Below are positions 1 to 12,255 of a stretch of DNA of 64,000 nucleotides, one piece after another. The stretch is taken from NCBI GenBank assembly GCA_013239625.1, contig MU054400.1:3907802-3971801 (forward strand), in the 5' to 3' direction. Numbering within the stretch: position 1 is the stretch's first letter; every line of letters begins with the position of its first letter. The notes beneath the pieces were generated by a model. It was not told where the DNA came from, did not search any database, and saw only the letters and a list, made by a program, of their open reading frames with translations. The DNA is from Lama guanicoe (taxonomy: Eukaryota). The position numbers and the translations under genes are program-made.

Positions 1-2526
1 AAGTTGAAGCAAAAGCTCAAGCCAGCATCTCCTGGCCAAAGGGAAGAAGTAGTCAGTTAGCAAGCACTTTCCAGCCTGTAGCATTAGAGGGACAGAGCGA
101 GTTAAGAATGTAGGCCTTGCTTATCAGGTGTAAGAGCTCATTTTAATGAATAAATGGAGCCTGAGCCAGGCCATCGTGTTTATTATTCCAAGCCACCTTT
201 CATAACAGTTATGTGTTGGGTGGGGTGATCCTTCTTTCCATGGTTTCTGTAACCCAGCTGTGGGGTTCAGCTTGCCCCTCACCACGCTCTTCTTAGGGAG
301 CTAGTGTTGGCCCATGTAGGATGGAGGTTGATGGGGATGTTTCCTGGATCCCCTGAGGCACATCCTGAGCTATCTGGGATTGCACACTTTGTGGGAATTG
401 GTCTAGAGAGGGAATTAAGGCAAGATGAAGCCCTTTGATCAGAGATATGTGATTGTGATTTGGGCTCTTTTTGTGGAGAGGGTATGAGAAATCTTCTATC
501 CCAGTCGGGAGTTGGAGTGGTGATCCAGAACAACAGATCCAGACAATTCTGTGAGGGGATGCTGGAAACCGTACAAAGTGGGCAACACAGGGACAATGGG
601 ACACTTTGAGTTAGCTCAGACTTACTTACTTTTATTTCTTTTTGTCATTGTTATTTACAATGTTAATTTATGATCATTATAACTACTTAAACAACATAAA
701 AATGTATAAAGAAAAATTTCATGCTATCCTCTCACCCCCAACTCCATCTGTGGTAACCAGATGTTAATACCTAAAATAAATGTTTTTCCACTCCTTTTTT
801 TGTCCATACAAAGATACACACACAAAACATATATTCATACACCTACATGGAGGTTATTTTTAGTTTTCTGTTTAACTAGGATTATAATATAGAAATTCTG
901 TATATGTATTATATTGGATTTTTTTTGACCTATTCTTTCATTTTTCTTTGCTGAAGAAGTCTAGCAAATTTCTTTTCTCACTTTACACAATGTAGGATTC
1001 CTTGTGGGGTGATAGTTGTAGATCCAAACTCACTTTAAAAAAGAAAACTGTGCAATGTTTCATATTACTTAGGTATTACAATTTTTTCAGCCAGTTGGTA
1101 GACATTATGCAAGAAATGCATACCTGTTTCTTGTCTTAGGGGAAATAGGAGATGAGAAATACGAATTTCCCTTTTAAGAATGAAAGTTAAGTATTAAACA
1201 GTAAGGTTCTTGCTAACTTGATTCTCAGGGCTAAGAAGCTGAAAAACAAGTGCATTTCAGTTTTGTTCTCAAGTTCCTGACACATAAGGAGAAAAGGGCA
1301 AGAATTTTCCTAGTCCTAATAAACTTTTCTACACATATAGAGGCTACAGAGTTTAGTTATTTCAGAAGTTTTAGGAACACTGTTTAGATAACTACGTAAG
1401 TCATAAAACAGTGTTTATTGTGAAAATTGATGATAATTGTAAAATGTAACAGCTAATGTAATGATTCATCAGGAAGCTTATTAAACCTTTCATAAAGGCC
1501 CATTGTACTCAGAATCTAGTGATGCTTATTTTGTCTTGGGTGTGTTAGGTGAACAATGAACTTAGATATCTTCTTATTGGAGTAGATTAAAAAAAGCATC
1601 TTCTGTCTATGATACCAAATACAATGCCTTGTGTCTTAGGTTAGCTCTTTATTCCACAGTACTGAAACCACTACAAATAACCGGCAATCAAAGCACTACT
1701 TTATAGATCTTCATTACTCACAGCAGGGTTACTGAGTTAGGGGGTAGGTAGGCATTGATAGAGCAATTCATGTTGCTTTGTTGCTCAAGTTGTTATACTA
1801 CTTCAGAAAGGGACACTGGGGGACATGCCAACTTCAAGCTGCCCTCTTTCCAGCTGACTCCCTATTTTAAAGTATGATATAAATAAATAGTTTAAATAGT
1901 TTATCCCCATCTGGTCTTCATTTGTTCTTGAGATGAGAATTTAGAAATGGTGTACAGTCCAGACACAAGTCCCCTATATCTCCTGCTCAGATTTTTAATC
2001 CATTTTCTCCAAATTGCTATAAGAGATGGATGGGCTTTGCCAGTCTAGAGGGCAATCAGATGAACACAATTTCAAGAGTAGGTGTTTCTGTTTGGATCAG
2101 AAGAGGAAAACATCACATACTGCCTGTCATCTGATTATGTAGTTTTTTCAGTTAGGTTGTCTATCTCCTGTGATTTACCTATTGATGAAGAATACGGAGA
2201 ACTACATTGTGGGGCTAGAGTGAGATGGGAGGGGACAAAAATGAAAAACCATTAAAGAAGGTTGGTTTGACTTCCAAGTTTAATCTCTCAAGTGCTATAT
2301 GCACTGTGGGAACTAAATGAGTATGTATGATTCTTTCTCCTTTGCTCTGACATTTAATAACAGACCTACTATTAATTGAGAGACAAAGTGACACTCAGTA
2401 CTTCATATGCTGACTCTGGAAAGTGTTTTGTTGTGGTTCTTAGGAGAATGGGTTGAAAAAAAAAATCCTAACTGATTAAATGCAACTTAGTTGAAAGACT
2501 GGTTTTCATTAAAAAAAGTTACTGCC

Positions 2527-2910
2527 TGTTATATATCAAATGTTTGTGTCCCCTCAAATTCATATGTTGAAGCCCTAACCCCCAATGTGATGGTAGTTGT
2601 AGACTGGGCCTTGGGGAAGTAATTAGTTTAGATGAGGTCATGAGGGTGGGGTCTTTGTCCAATGAGATTAGTGCCCTTATAGGAAGATACCAGATCTCTT
2701 TTTCTCTACTGAGCAAAGGCCATGTGGACATACAGCAAGAAAGCAGCTGTCTATGGGTTAAGAAGAGAGCTTTCGCCAGAAACTGACACTACTGGCACCT
2801 TAATTTTGGACTTCTAGCCTCCAAGACTATGAGAAAATAAATTTCTGTTGTGTAAGCCACCCGGTATATGGTATTTTTGTGGTTGTAGGGTAGAAGCAGC
2901 CACAGACCAT
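2527..2910 (+). mobile_element. MaLR solo LTR (MLT1A-like)
   Basis: Diagnostic MLT1 segments: 'tgtttgtgtcccctcaaattcatatgttgaagccctaacccccaatgtgatggta', 'gatgaggtcatgagggtgggg', 'ggacttctagcctccaagactatgagaaaataaatttctgttg..taagccaccc'. Confidence 0.9.
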
Positions 2911-3425
2911 CTTAACTGAGATATAATTAATGTGTAACTTCACATTAGTTTCAGATGTACAACATAATGATTTGGTATTTGTATATATTACACAATGATC
3001 AGAACAATGTCTAGTTAACATGCATCACCTCACAGAATTACACTTTTTTTTCCTTGTGATAAGAACTTTTAAGATCTGCTCTCTTAGCAACTTTAAAATA
3101 TATTACATTCTTATTAACTATAGTCACCATGCTGTACATGTTGAACATTTGTACCTTTTGATCACTTTCACCCATTTTGCTCACCCCCACAACCTGCCTC
3201 TGTCAACCACCAATCTGTTCTCTGTATCTGTGAGTTCAGTTTGCTTTGATTTTTTTTAACATTTCACATGTAAGTGAGATCATACAGTATTTGTCTCTCT
3301 CTGTCAGACTTATTTGACTTAGCATAATGTCCTCAAGATCCATTGATGTTATTATAAATGGCAGGATTTTCTTCTTTTTTATGGCTGAATAATATTCCAT
3401 TATATGTTTATGTGTGTGTATCACA
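2911..3425 (-). mobile_element. LINE-1 3' fragment (ORF2 C-terminus plus 3' UTR, L1MA-type)
   Basis: Minus ORF 3236-3424 reads MEYYSAIKK..ILPF...DLEDIMLSQIS, the L1 ORF2 C-terminus; typical L1 3' UTR text follows. Confidence 0.9.
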
Positions 3426-3580
3426 TTTTAAACCATTTTAAGTGTTCGGTTCAGTGGTACTAAGTTCATTCATATTGTTATGCAACCATCACCACTGTCT
3501 TTCTCCAGAACTTCATTTTACACAACTAAATCCCTATACCCATTAAATAATAACTCTCTATCTCAATCCATTTCTCCCCA
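3426..3580 (-). mobile_element. older LINE-1 3' end fragment (L1MB-like)
   Basis: 'accattttaagtg..cggttcagtgg..taag..cattcatattgttatgcaaccatcaccact..ctccagaac' resembles the L1MB terminus. Confidence 0.7.
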
Positions 3581-4267
3581 GTAAAGTTTTGTTCATTGAC
3601 TTTGTCCGGGTTACTACTTTCTGGGTAACCCACACCAAAACTCCATTCCATACCGAGCCTACTTTTGTCCCTTATTAAAGTGGAGAATCTGTAGGAAATA
3701 TCTTTGATGTGCCAAGATGTAAACTGTAATTTTTGTTTACTTTATTTCTTCTTTCTTGGTCTTGGTTTCTTCTCCTTTAAAAAATATGCCATGTAGCTCT
3801 TAGATTCGACATCTTTCTTCACTCAAACATTGAGGAACTCGAAAGTTGAATTCTTGCTATGGGTCAGGTACATGGACCACTAGTCCTATGGCTGCTTATG
3901 GCTCCACATTTTCCTTTGTTTGACCCTTTTACTTTTTCCATGGCATTTGGAAAATGATTTTGTAAATGGTAGACATTACACTTGGCCTCAAGTGGCTGAG
4001 ACAACTATGTTCACTACGTGGTGCCCTTTGCCACTTGAGTTTGCAGTCACGGCTACCTTGATGGCTGTGGGGTGAAGCAGACTTCATCCTGAGTCCTAGG
4101 GATGGTGAGGGTCCAGCATCATGTGGAAGTGCAGCCAAGGATAACGGTGGAGTGGACTTCTCAAACACGGCTCTGGTCTCCCAGGTGCATGAGGGTGGAG
4201 TTTCTCCTGTGCTTTTGTGTATGGTGTGTCCTCTGAGCAGTCTGTTTTGCTCAATGGGAGAAAGTGA

Positions 4268-4399
4268 TTTTTTTTTTCTTTTGGAGAGGGGGAGGTAATT
4301 AGGTTTGTTTGTTTATTTAAATGGAGGTACTGGGGATTGAACCCAGGACCTCATGCATGCTAAGTGTTCACTCTACCACTGAGCTTTACCCTCTGCCTC
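4268..4399 (-). mobile_element. tRNA-Ala-derived SINE (camelid vic-1 type)
   Basis: Minus strand has A box 'agctcagtggtagag', 'cttagcatgcatgaggtcctgggttcaatccccagtacctcc' (tRNA-Ala AGC-like with B box), a tail 'aaacctaattacctccccc' and poly(A). Confidence 0.9.
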
Positions 4400-5240
4400 G
4401 AAACTGACCTTACATTAACTTTATATTGAAAAGAACAAAGCTACTGTATGGGGAAAATATGATTTTTCCATTAATTTTTAAGCCATATGATATTTACAAA
4501 TGCTGCCCGAACACCTTCAGAATCTCCAGGGGATGTGAATCTACTCTCCTCTGTCATCAGGGCTTCCTTGGAAAAATCTGAACAGGCCAATGTTAAGGCA
4601 ATCCTGGGCCTCTTTGGCCTTGCCTTCTTCTAGTAAGTGAGCTTGAACTTGGTGATTTTCTGTCCCTTCCCTCTGCCTTTTAGTGTTCCCAGCCTTGGCT
4701 TGGCTATCTGGTTCTCACCTCTTTGTTCTTGACCTTGCTTCTTTTCTGAATCTCTCTGGTGCGGATTTTTATCTTTGGGATTTTTTTAATCTCTGGTCTA
4801 AACTCTGCTTAAAATCTCAGCCAGAGGCACCTGGGTCCTCCCAACATCTGGGCAAAATGAAGTAAAGGATAAAGACCGCAGAGGACACTCAGTTCCTTGG
4901 ACCATAGTTTCTTCGTTCTTGCTGTCAGGGCTTTATTCCTGTGCTGCTTTCTCTCCGTGATTTAGTCTATCTCCATGTAGTTATTTTAAATGGTTGTTTT
5001 ATAGGCAGCGTTTCCATTTCAAAATGTCTCCAACTTTCTTTCCTGTTTGCAGGCAAGCTTTTCTTACCAGGGCTGCTGCCACTGTGCTAATTTACTGTCC
5101 TTTAACAATACGATTTCTTGTTTTCCCCAGATTTTTCAAAACCTGAGAATTAAGTTTCCAGAAAGGCCAAACCACTGCATTTCATCTTGACTAATTTGTC
5201 ATATGGGCAGACTTCCCGCTGCAAAATCAGCATGAGGTTT

Positions 5241-5284
5241 TTCTTTCTTTCTTTTCTTTCTTTCTTTCTTTTTTTTTTTTTTTT
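5241..5284. repeat. (TTTC)n / poly-T tract
   Basis: Directly visible low-complexity pyrimidine run. Confidence 0.9.
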
Positions 5285-6339
5285 AAAGAAAAAGAAAGCA
5301 ATGTGATTCTTTGGCAGACACTCACCATGACTTTCCCACTAATCTGATAAAATTCCTCCCTCCACTCCCCAAAAGCAAACCTTGAGCTAAACTTTCAACT
5401 TGTTTTTTGGAAAGGAGCTTAAACAAATGCATTCAATTTTGGGAAACAGATCTCTTCTAAGCCAGGCAGGCTGAGGTACATTCCTGCATTTCTCGTGCTG
5501 CAGTGGGAAACGTTCCTGAATGTAAGGGAATGCTTTCCTAAAGTTATCTGCGAAGGGAAAGGAATAATTACTTCTGTGTGGTTCAAACCTGGGCACCATC
5601 CAGGTTCCCCCAATTAGCTGTGAGAACAGTGCCTGCTATTGTGTCTCAGGTTTACCTTGAATTCTCCAGGGAAGCTTTCTTTTCTGATTACTGTGAATAT
5701 TGGAAAGCAGGATCCTACAAGATTCTTCTTTCTCATCTTGGAGCAAAAGGGGCCTATGTGATTATAAGAGAGGTTAAGAGAAGAGCGATCTCTGTGAGCA
5801 TCATTGCCAGGGGGTGAAAAAGGAACTGTGATGTCAATTTTTGTATTTCCTTAGAAAAATCAGGAACTTCTTTCTGCCTTGTAAGTGGTGATTGGATATA
5901 GATACTTCTTCAAGCACGGGGAAATGATGGGAGTTACAACATTTGTTAATATTTTTCCTTTATTTATGTATCCCTGTTTCTCAATATAACTTTTCCTTCT
6001 GAAGTCACGCTGGGCTAAGGGTAAAATTAAGATGAAAATGAGTAACAAATAGGCTCTGCCTCTACAAAGTCTGGAAACTCCAGATTCTCAGATTCTTCCT
6101 CCATAGTGTTGGGAGCCCCCGTGGAGTAATTTCACATGTGCTTCTTGGGTGCTTTGTGGCATCAGCCATTTCCTGTCTTTTCAGGTGTGGTTCACACCGG
6201 AGGGAACAGACTGCCGTGTTGTCTTTCCTGATGACCCTTTTTTCTATTCACTGTCATCAAGACATGAGGTACTGAGTTCTTTCCACCCCTCCACCTCCCA
6301 TAGTGCTGCAGATTTCTTTTTTCTTTTTTCCTTAAAATT

Positions 6340-6495
6340 AAAAAAATTTTTTTATAAGAATGCTAAACATAGTATGTGCCCACTTAACACAATTTTTAGC
6401 ACACAATATTGTTAACTATAGGAACAGTGTTGTAAGCAGATCTTTAGAACTTACTCATTTTGCATAACTGAAACTTTATACCCATTGAACAGCAA
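6340..6495 (-). mobile_element. LINE-1 3' UTR fragment
   Basis: 'attgttaactataggaacagtgttgta.gcagatctttagaacttactcat.ttgcataactgaaactttatacccattgaacagcaa' is typical of the L1MA 3' UTR. Confidence 0.8.
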
Positions 6496-6540
6496 GGATC
6501 TAAACTTTCTGAACTTCAGTGTTTCTTTTTTTCAGTGTCC

Positions 6541-6614
6541 ATGAAGTTTTATTGGAACACAGCTGTGCCTGTTAATTTATGTATTATTTTGGCTGCTTTT
6601 GGACTGCAATGCAG
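6541..6614 (+). mobile_element. hAT-Charlie MER58-like fragment
   Basis: 'aagttttattggaacacagc...tttatgtattat.ttggctgctttt' resembles the MER58A interior. Confidence 0.7.
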
Positions 6615-6624
6615 ATCCTCCCCT

Positions 6625-7392
6625 CCAGCTTTATTAGGATACAATTGGACATATAATGTGTAAGTTTCAGGTGTACAATGTGATGATTTGATATATGTAT
6701 ATAATTGTGAATTGTGATGACCACAATAAGGTTTGTTAACACTTACATCACCTCACATAATTACCATTTTTTTGTGTGTGTGGTGAGAACATTTAAGATC
6801 TACCCTCTTAGCAACTTTCAAGTATATAATGTAGTATTGTTAACTGTAGTCACCAAGCTGTACATTAGATCCCCGGAACATATTCTTCTTATAATTGAAA
6901 GTTTTTACTTTTTGCCAACATCTCCCAATTTGCCCTTCCTCTAAGCCCCTGACAACCATCATTCTACTCTCTGCTTCGGTGAGTGTGACTTTTTTAGATT
7001 CACATGTAAGTAAGATCAAACAATATTTGTCTTTCTCTGATTTATTTCACTTAGCATATTGCCCTCAAGATCCATCCATGTATTCGCAAAAGGCAGGCTT
7101 TCCTTTTTACAGACTCAATATTTCATTGTATTTATGAACCACATCTCTTTATCCCTTCATGTTGGTGGACACTTGGGTTTTCTCCATGTCTTGGCTATTG
7201 TGAATAATGCTGCAATGAACATGGGTGTGCAGATACTGCTTCAAGAGGGTGATTTCATTTCCTTTGGATATCTACCCAGAAGTGGGATTGCTGGATCATA
7301 TGGTAGTTCTCTTTTTAATTTTTTGAGGAACCTCCATACTGACTTCCATAGTGGCTGCACCAATTTACATTCCCACCAACAGTGTACAAGGA
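6625..7392 (-). mobile_element. 5'-truncated LINE-1 (ORF2 3' end plus 3' UTR)
   Basis: Canonical L1 text 'acccagaagtgggattgctggatcatatggtagttct..tttaatttttgaggaacctccatact..ttccatagtggctgcaccaatttacattcccaccaacagtg'. Confidence 0.92.
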
Positions 7393-7397
7393 GATTC

Positions 7398-7485
7398 TTC
7401 TTTCTTATCTGCTTAAATGGAGCAAGTAATACCTATCTGAACTGTCGAAGCTAGGCCTAACGTAATGTTTGTAAAGTGCTTATGA
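7398..7485 (+). mobile_element. MIR fragment
   Basis: MIR core-like 'tttcttatctg.ttaaatgga...aatacct...gtaaagtgctt'. Confidence 0.55.
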
Positions 7486-9714
7486 TAGATTCCTGTGCTT
7501 CCTGCGTAGAGAGAAGCTATTATTAATCACCTTATCTCTGGCAGTGAGAACAGCCGTGAACAGAGTTGTTGGTGGAGTGTCTGGTCCTGGAGCTAGCACT
7601 CACACGTTGTGTTCTAAGTGTGTGCCGTTTTCTTCCCACTAGACTATGAATTCCTTAAAGGCAGTGTGGGCCTTACTGGTGTCCGACCTCTACTAGGCTC
7701 CTGATGCATGTTTCTAAATAAATAAATCATGAGCTCACACCCTTAACTTCACAGCTGCTTAAAATTTTTTAGGAAATAATTTGAAGAAGTCTAGATGTCA
7801 GGCCTCCCCCCCCCCTTTGACAAAAAGCAAAGAATGCATTATCTGGACATTTGGCCCGAGGGAGATTTTGGTAAAGAAATGAACTAGAAATGTACTATTA
7901 AATATCAAACTCACTACAAATTAGCATGAATCTGAGGGTTGTGTTTTATGGGAGAATTCTTATTTTATTTTTCATGATTTTTCTTTGAAAATATTTATTT
8001 TTCTTGGAAAAAATTTGCCATAAGAACATTTTGGGTCTAGTCAACTTATTGTTCTAGGTTTTTTCTCTAGAGGTGAATGGTTTTGTTGAATAACATTCAC
8101 TAGTTCCATATCAAATGTATGTTATAAGTTTGTTGAATGTGATTTTTTTCTAAAATAGAACCTTATGGACATTGAACCTAGAAACATATGCTGATGTGAT
8201 TTATATGCAGAAAATCTCTTTTCTTATTATTAACAAAATTACTGTTGTATTCCAGTCTTTATTCTTGGGGGATGAATCTTAGTAAATCACTTCCTGCCAT
8301 TCAGACACCTCAGATCTCAACCTGCCTGAAGCTTTAACAGATCCATCAGAAAATGCAATTCAAAAATCAAAGAAGGTTATGATGACAGGAAAAATATTTC
8401 CCATTACTCCTGCAAAGGTGGGGAGGGCACAGGAAGGAAAGGAGAGAATTTCAGAATCTGGTTCTTCTATGTCTGAAAAAAGACAATTCAGATTAACTAC
8501 TAGTGCCTTAAATAAGAAACAGGAAGATATCCTCCACGGAGAGAGTCACTTTTGCCAGCCATAAACGTTTGGTACTCATCCACAGGCTGCTGGAGCAAAG
8601 AAATTTAGACAAGTCTGAAAAAAATCAGGCCAAGCATATCTCTAAAGATGGAAGTTAGAAATAAAGTGCATTGTGCTCAGACTTCTCAGCTCTCCCTGTA
8701 TCTTGAGTCTATCACTGTCACAACTCTGCAAAGTTCAAGGTTTCGTGAGTAGGTGTGTATTGTACTATTTTCCCCCAACCCAGATAGAACATATTTTACC
8801 AATTTAGTTTACAAAGGGAATTTAGGTCTTCCCTGTCGTGCTTAACTCACCTGTAATGCAGAGATCGTAAATTTGTTTCCATCTTCTAAGGAACATTCTC
8901 TCACGTTGCATTTTCAAGATGTGCTGTCCGGATGTGAAAGGTTAAGTCACTTTTAAAATTTCCGCAGGGCAGGGATCTCTTAGTGGAAGGCAGTATGTTA
9001 TTTATACCATGACAGGACCTTAACTTCTTTTCCTGTGGCTTTCTCTTATGGGGGAAGTGAAAGAGAAGGGGCTGAGAGTTTGGAGGTTTGAAGAGGATGT
9101 CAGATTAATTCAGATCTATTATTTTCCAGCTTCTGAACACTCAGGTTTTATGTGTTTGAATTCTTGAGAGGCAGCCTAACAATGCTGACAAGTCTGCCTT
9201 CCAGGTTACTGACGCTTGTTCTACTTGGTAACCATTGGTGTGTCAATGGGACCAGTGACATGTGTGAGTCAAGATCTTTTGAATGAAACTCACAATGGCT
9301 TGATCCAGGCTATGAATTAGATGATGCTGGCTCTTTTTTTTTTTTTCCCTATGGAGAACTGACCTTCATTTTACATCAGTTAGGAAAAAAACCCATTTTT
9401 GAAAAAGGGAAACAAATTAAAGGGGAAGCAGATGATCTGAGAGGCCATGCAGGTCTCTGAGTTGATTCCACCCATAAAGTGGGGATTGATGGTCCCGGCC
9501 AATCAAGAGTGCAATAAGAACCTTTATATTCCTTCTGCTTCTCTTTCCTTTGTCCTCATAATTTTCTTTCCAAAAACTTAAGTAAAGGTAATGTTAGTGG
9601 TTCCTGGGCTTGTTTAAACTCTGCACATCCTGCACAAGACACCTTGAAAGCCCTGAGCTACTTAACACATCACAGTGGGCAGGGTGGGGGCGGGAAGAGA
9701 ATTTAGAATTAGAA

Positions 9715-9855
9715 GATTTGGGACCTAAATATTGGGCATGCAATTACTGAATGGTTTTGTGTCAATTTTTAAATGTTTCTGAATCAGCTTAATTAGTAAA
9801 ACAATAATAATATCTTCTTCACAAGGTGGTTGTAAAGATCCAACGAGGTATACTA
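9715..9855 (+). mobile_element. MIR fragment
   Basis: 'gtaaaacaataataatatct.cttcacaaggtggttgtaaagat' resembles the MIR core. Confidence 0.55.
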
Positions 9856-11909
9856 CATTGAACCATTAAATTTTTTTGACCTTCACAAACAACTATTTTA
9901 AATGGGCAAACTTATATAAGCAATGATTTGTAAATTGTAAATACCATGTAAATTTTAGTTAAATAAAGGGAAAAGGTGGTTTTTCTTCTCATGTGTGAGG
10001 GCGAAGTAGAACTTCCCTGCCAACTGGAGAACAAGCAGGAAGGAAGGTGCAGAGGTTAAGGAGGATGGATGAGGAAGATACTAATATGTGAGAAAATGGA
10101 CTTTTAGTCTTTGGGCAATCTTTTGCTATTTTAATACAGAATGGTGATTATGTTGATCAGTTTAATAAGTTGTATATAGTGAAATAGTCACACCATTCCA
10201 TCTTAACAGTTCAGGAAGTGAGTTAATTAATATCAAGCCATTGATAATAAGCCATTAGTATCAATAGCTTGATATTAACAAACCATCCTTTTCAAAGGAC
10301 AAAACATTCCCTGTTCAAGCCTCTCAATCAAAACCCTCCAATTTAGTAGGATTAATGAGGTAATTTGGATGATTTTCACACATTGCATAAAGGAAAAGTG
10401 ACTTGATATTAGAGGTCATCTGAAATAAATGATCCATATAACATTTATTTTAAGAAAACGACAAAGAGAAATACAATACCAGCCTTCTTTTTTAGGTGGT
10501 TATAGTTCAAGGTGCAGTATGGCTTATGATATAAACTGGCCAACAGTGGTGGGTATTGCACTTGATACGTTTTCTTCTTATCTAGTTAAAGCGTATTTCT
10601 GCTTCCCATCTTTCAGACTGATGTTCTGAAGCGAGAGTTAATGATTTAGGCTTAAATCCTTTAAAAAAGATTGTAACAGTCAAAACTGGAAGATTTAAAA
10701 CAGTGCTAATACTCTACATTAAGAGAAAAAGATCAATTAGGAAGAGTTAGTATTTCCCTAAGATGCAGGAATTCTGTAATCATGTGATTTCATGTAAAAA
10801 TCAAATGAAGGTATTCATGTTGGAATTCTCAGACATGAGTTTTTGTCTTGGATTGCAGACTGTTAAACCATTTGCACTTGTAGTTTCAACGATAAAGGTA
10901 CTTCATTGAGGACTTGACTTCGTTTTTTTTCCCCTCTTTTTCACTTCCATATGTGCAGAACGTGCATATGTGATGAATATTTGGATGTTTTTGAGTCTCT
11001 GTAAGATGAGTTATAAACACTGAGAAGGTTCACTATTTGCTATATACTGTTTTAATTCTAAACCATGAGAGATATTTAGAAACCCAGGAAAGATTTTTCT
11101 TAAGAAAAGACCTGACCTGTGAAGAGTTGCTGTAAGTAATCAGTCTCACCGTGGGGCAAAACCCCAGTAGTGGAAACCAAAGAACCAAACTGGTCAGCCA
11201 AGACGAGTGTGACTCGTACACACTTTATCAGAGGTGGGAGGGGAGGAGGAGGGGTGTTTATGTCTCTCTCCCTGCATGTGATTATTAGCACCTCTTTTTA
11301 TGTTCAGAACTATGTCAGTATGGATGATAAATTATGTGGCCACCAACGGTTTAGAGAGTCTTAGCCTCAGGAATATAAGGTAGGGGCTCGAATCTGTCAG
11401 AACTTCCATTTGCTTCCTCGGGAGGGTACCAGGGCTATAAAGACACTCACTCTTGCCCAGCTTTTGTGGCTGCTGCTGCTGTTAGCCTTCAGCCTGTCCA
11501 AGGTGTGTAGCAGCCTGATCTTGTCTTCAACCTGTGAACTTGTCTTTGGAGTTAGCAAAGAGGTGGGAGTTGGTGGTGTTCTTGGGGTGGAACTGGCTGA
11601 GTTACAGAAGGCCTTCCCAACAGCGTTTGATCTAATCACCTGGTCATGATCACAGCAATGGCGTTTGGAGTGTTCTACAGAGTTAGTCTAATTTCTTCTA
11701 TTGCCTCAAGTAGACGTGTGCTGACACTCTGATGGCCTGTGGAATCTTGTTCTAGTGTGTTATGGCACCTTGTTCCCCACCAGGCACATTGAGCAGTTGA
11801 CTCACCTGAGAGTCAAACCAGCCTTTGGAGTGGATGTTTGCAAGGAATTAGTGCAGTAGGTTACTAAAATGGAAGTCCTAGTTAAAGCCCACCCCTCATA
11901 ATTAATGTA

Positions 11910-12253
11910 CCGTCAGCCCTCCATGTCTGCATGTTTTCCATCCACAAATTCAGTCAACTGCAGATCAAAAATATTTGGGAAAAAAAATTCCAGAAAGTTC
12001 CCCAAAGCAAAACCTGAATTTGCTGCACTTGGTGATTAAGTACACAGCATTTACACTGTATTTACAACTATTTGCATGGCATTTACGTTGTATTAGGTGT
12101 TAAATATAATCTAGAGCTGATTGAAAGATGTTCGTAGTTTATATGCAAATACTGTGCCATTTTACATAAGGGACTTGAGCATCAGTGGATTATAGTATTT
12201 GAGAGGAGGTCTGGAACCAATCCCCCTTGGATGCTGAGAGAGAAGGGAGGACT
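11910..12253 (-). mobile_element. TcMar-Tigger MITE (MER2/MER2B-like)
   Basis: Degenerate TIRs ('ta|ccgtcagccctccatg' ... 'ggaaccaatcccc..ggat...gggaggact'); MER2-like interior 'atatgcaaatactgtgccattttacataagggacttgagcatc'. Confidence 0.85.
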
Positions 12254-12255
12254 TC

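Noticed and set aside
279..604. Two overlapping ~100-aa minus-strand ORFs
   Set aside because: No recognisable domain and no convincing splice signals; ORFs of this length arise by chance
4321..4395. tRNA-Ala(AGC)-like sequences (also 14790-14860 and 27615-27670)
   Set aside because: They carry SINE tails, poly(A) and TSD-like flanks and have mutated stems, so they are SINEs rather than tRNA genes
7059..7454. 131-aa plus-strand ORF
   Set aside because: It is the antisense reading of L1 ORF2/3' UTR, a common artefact
8851..8885. 35-nt minus-strand exon-like segment (ttccttag|...CAG|gtgagt)
   Set aside because: The donor is strong but the acceptor has a very short pyrimidine tract with nearby upstream AGs; peptide not recognised
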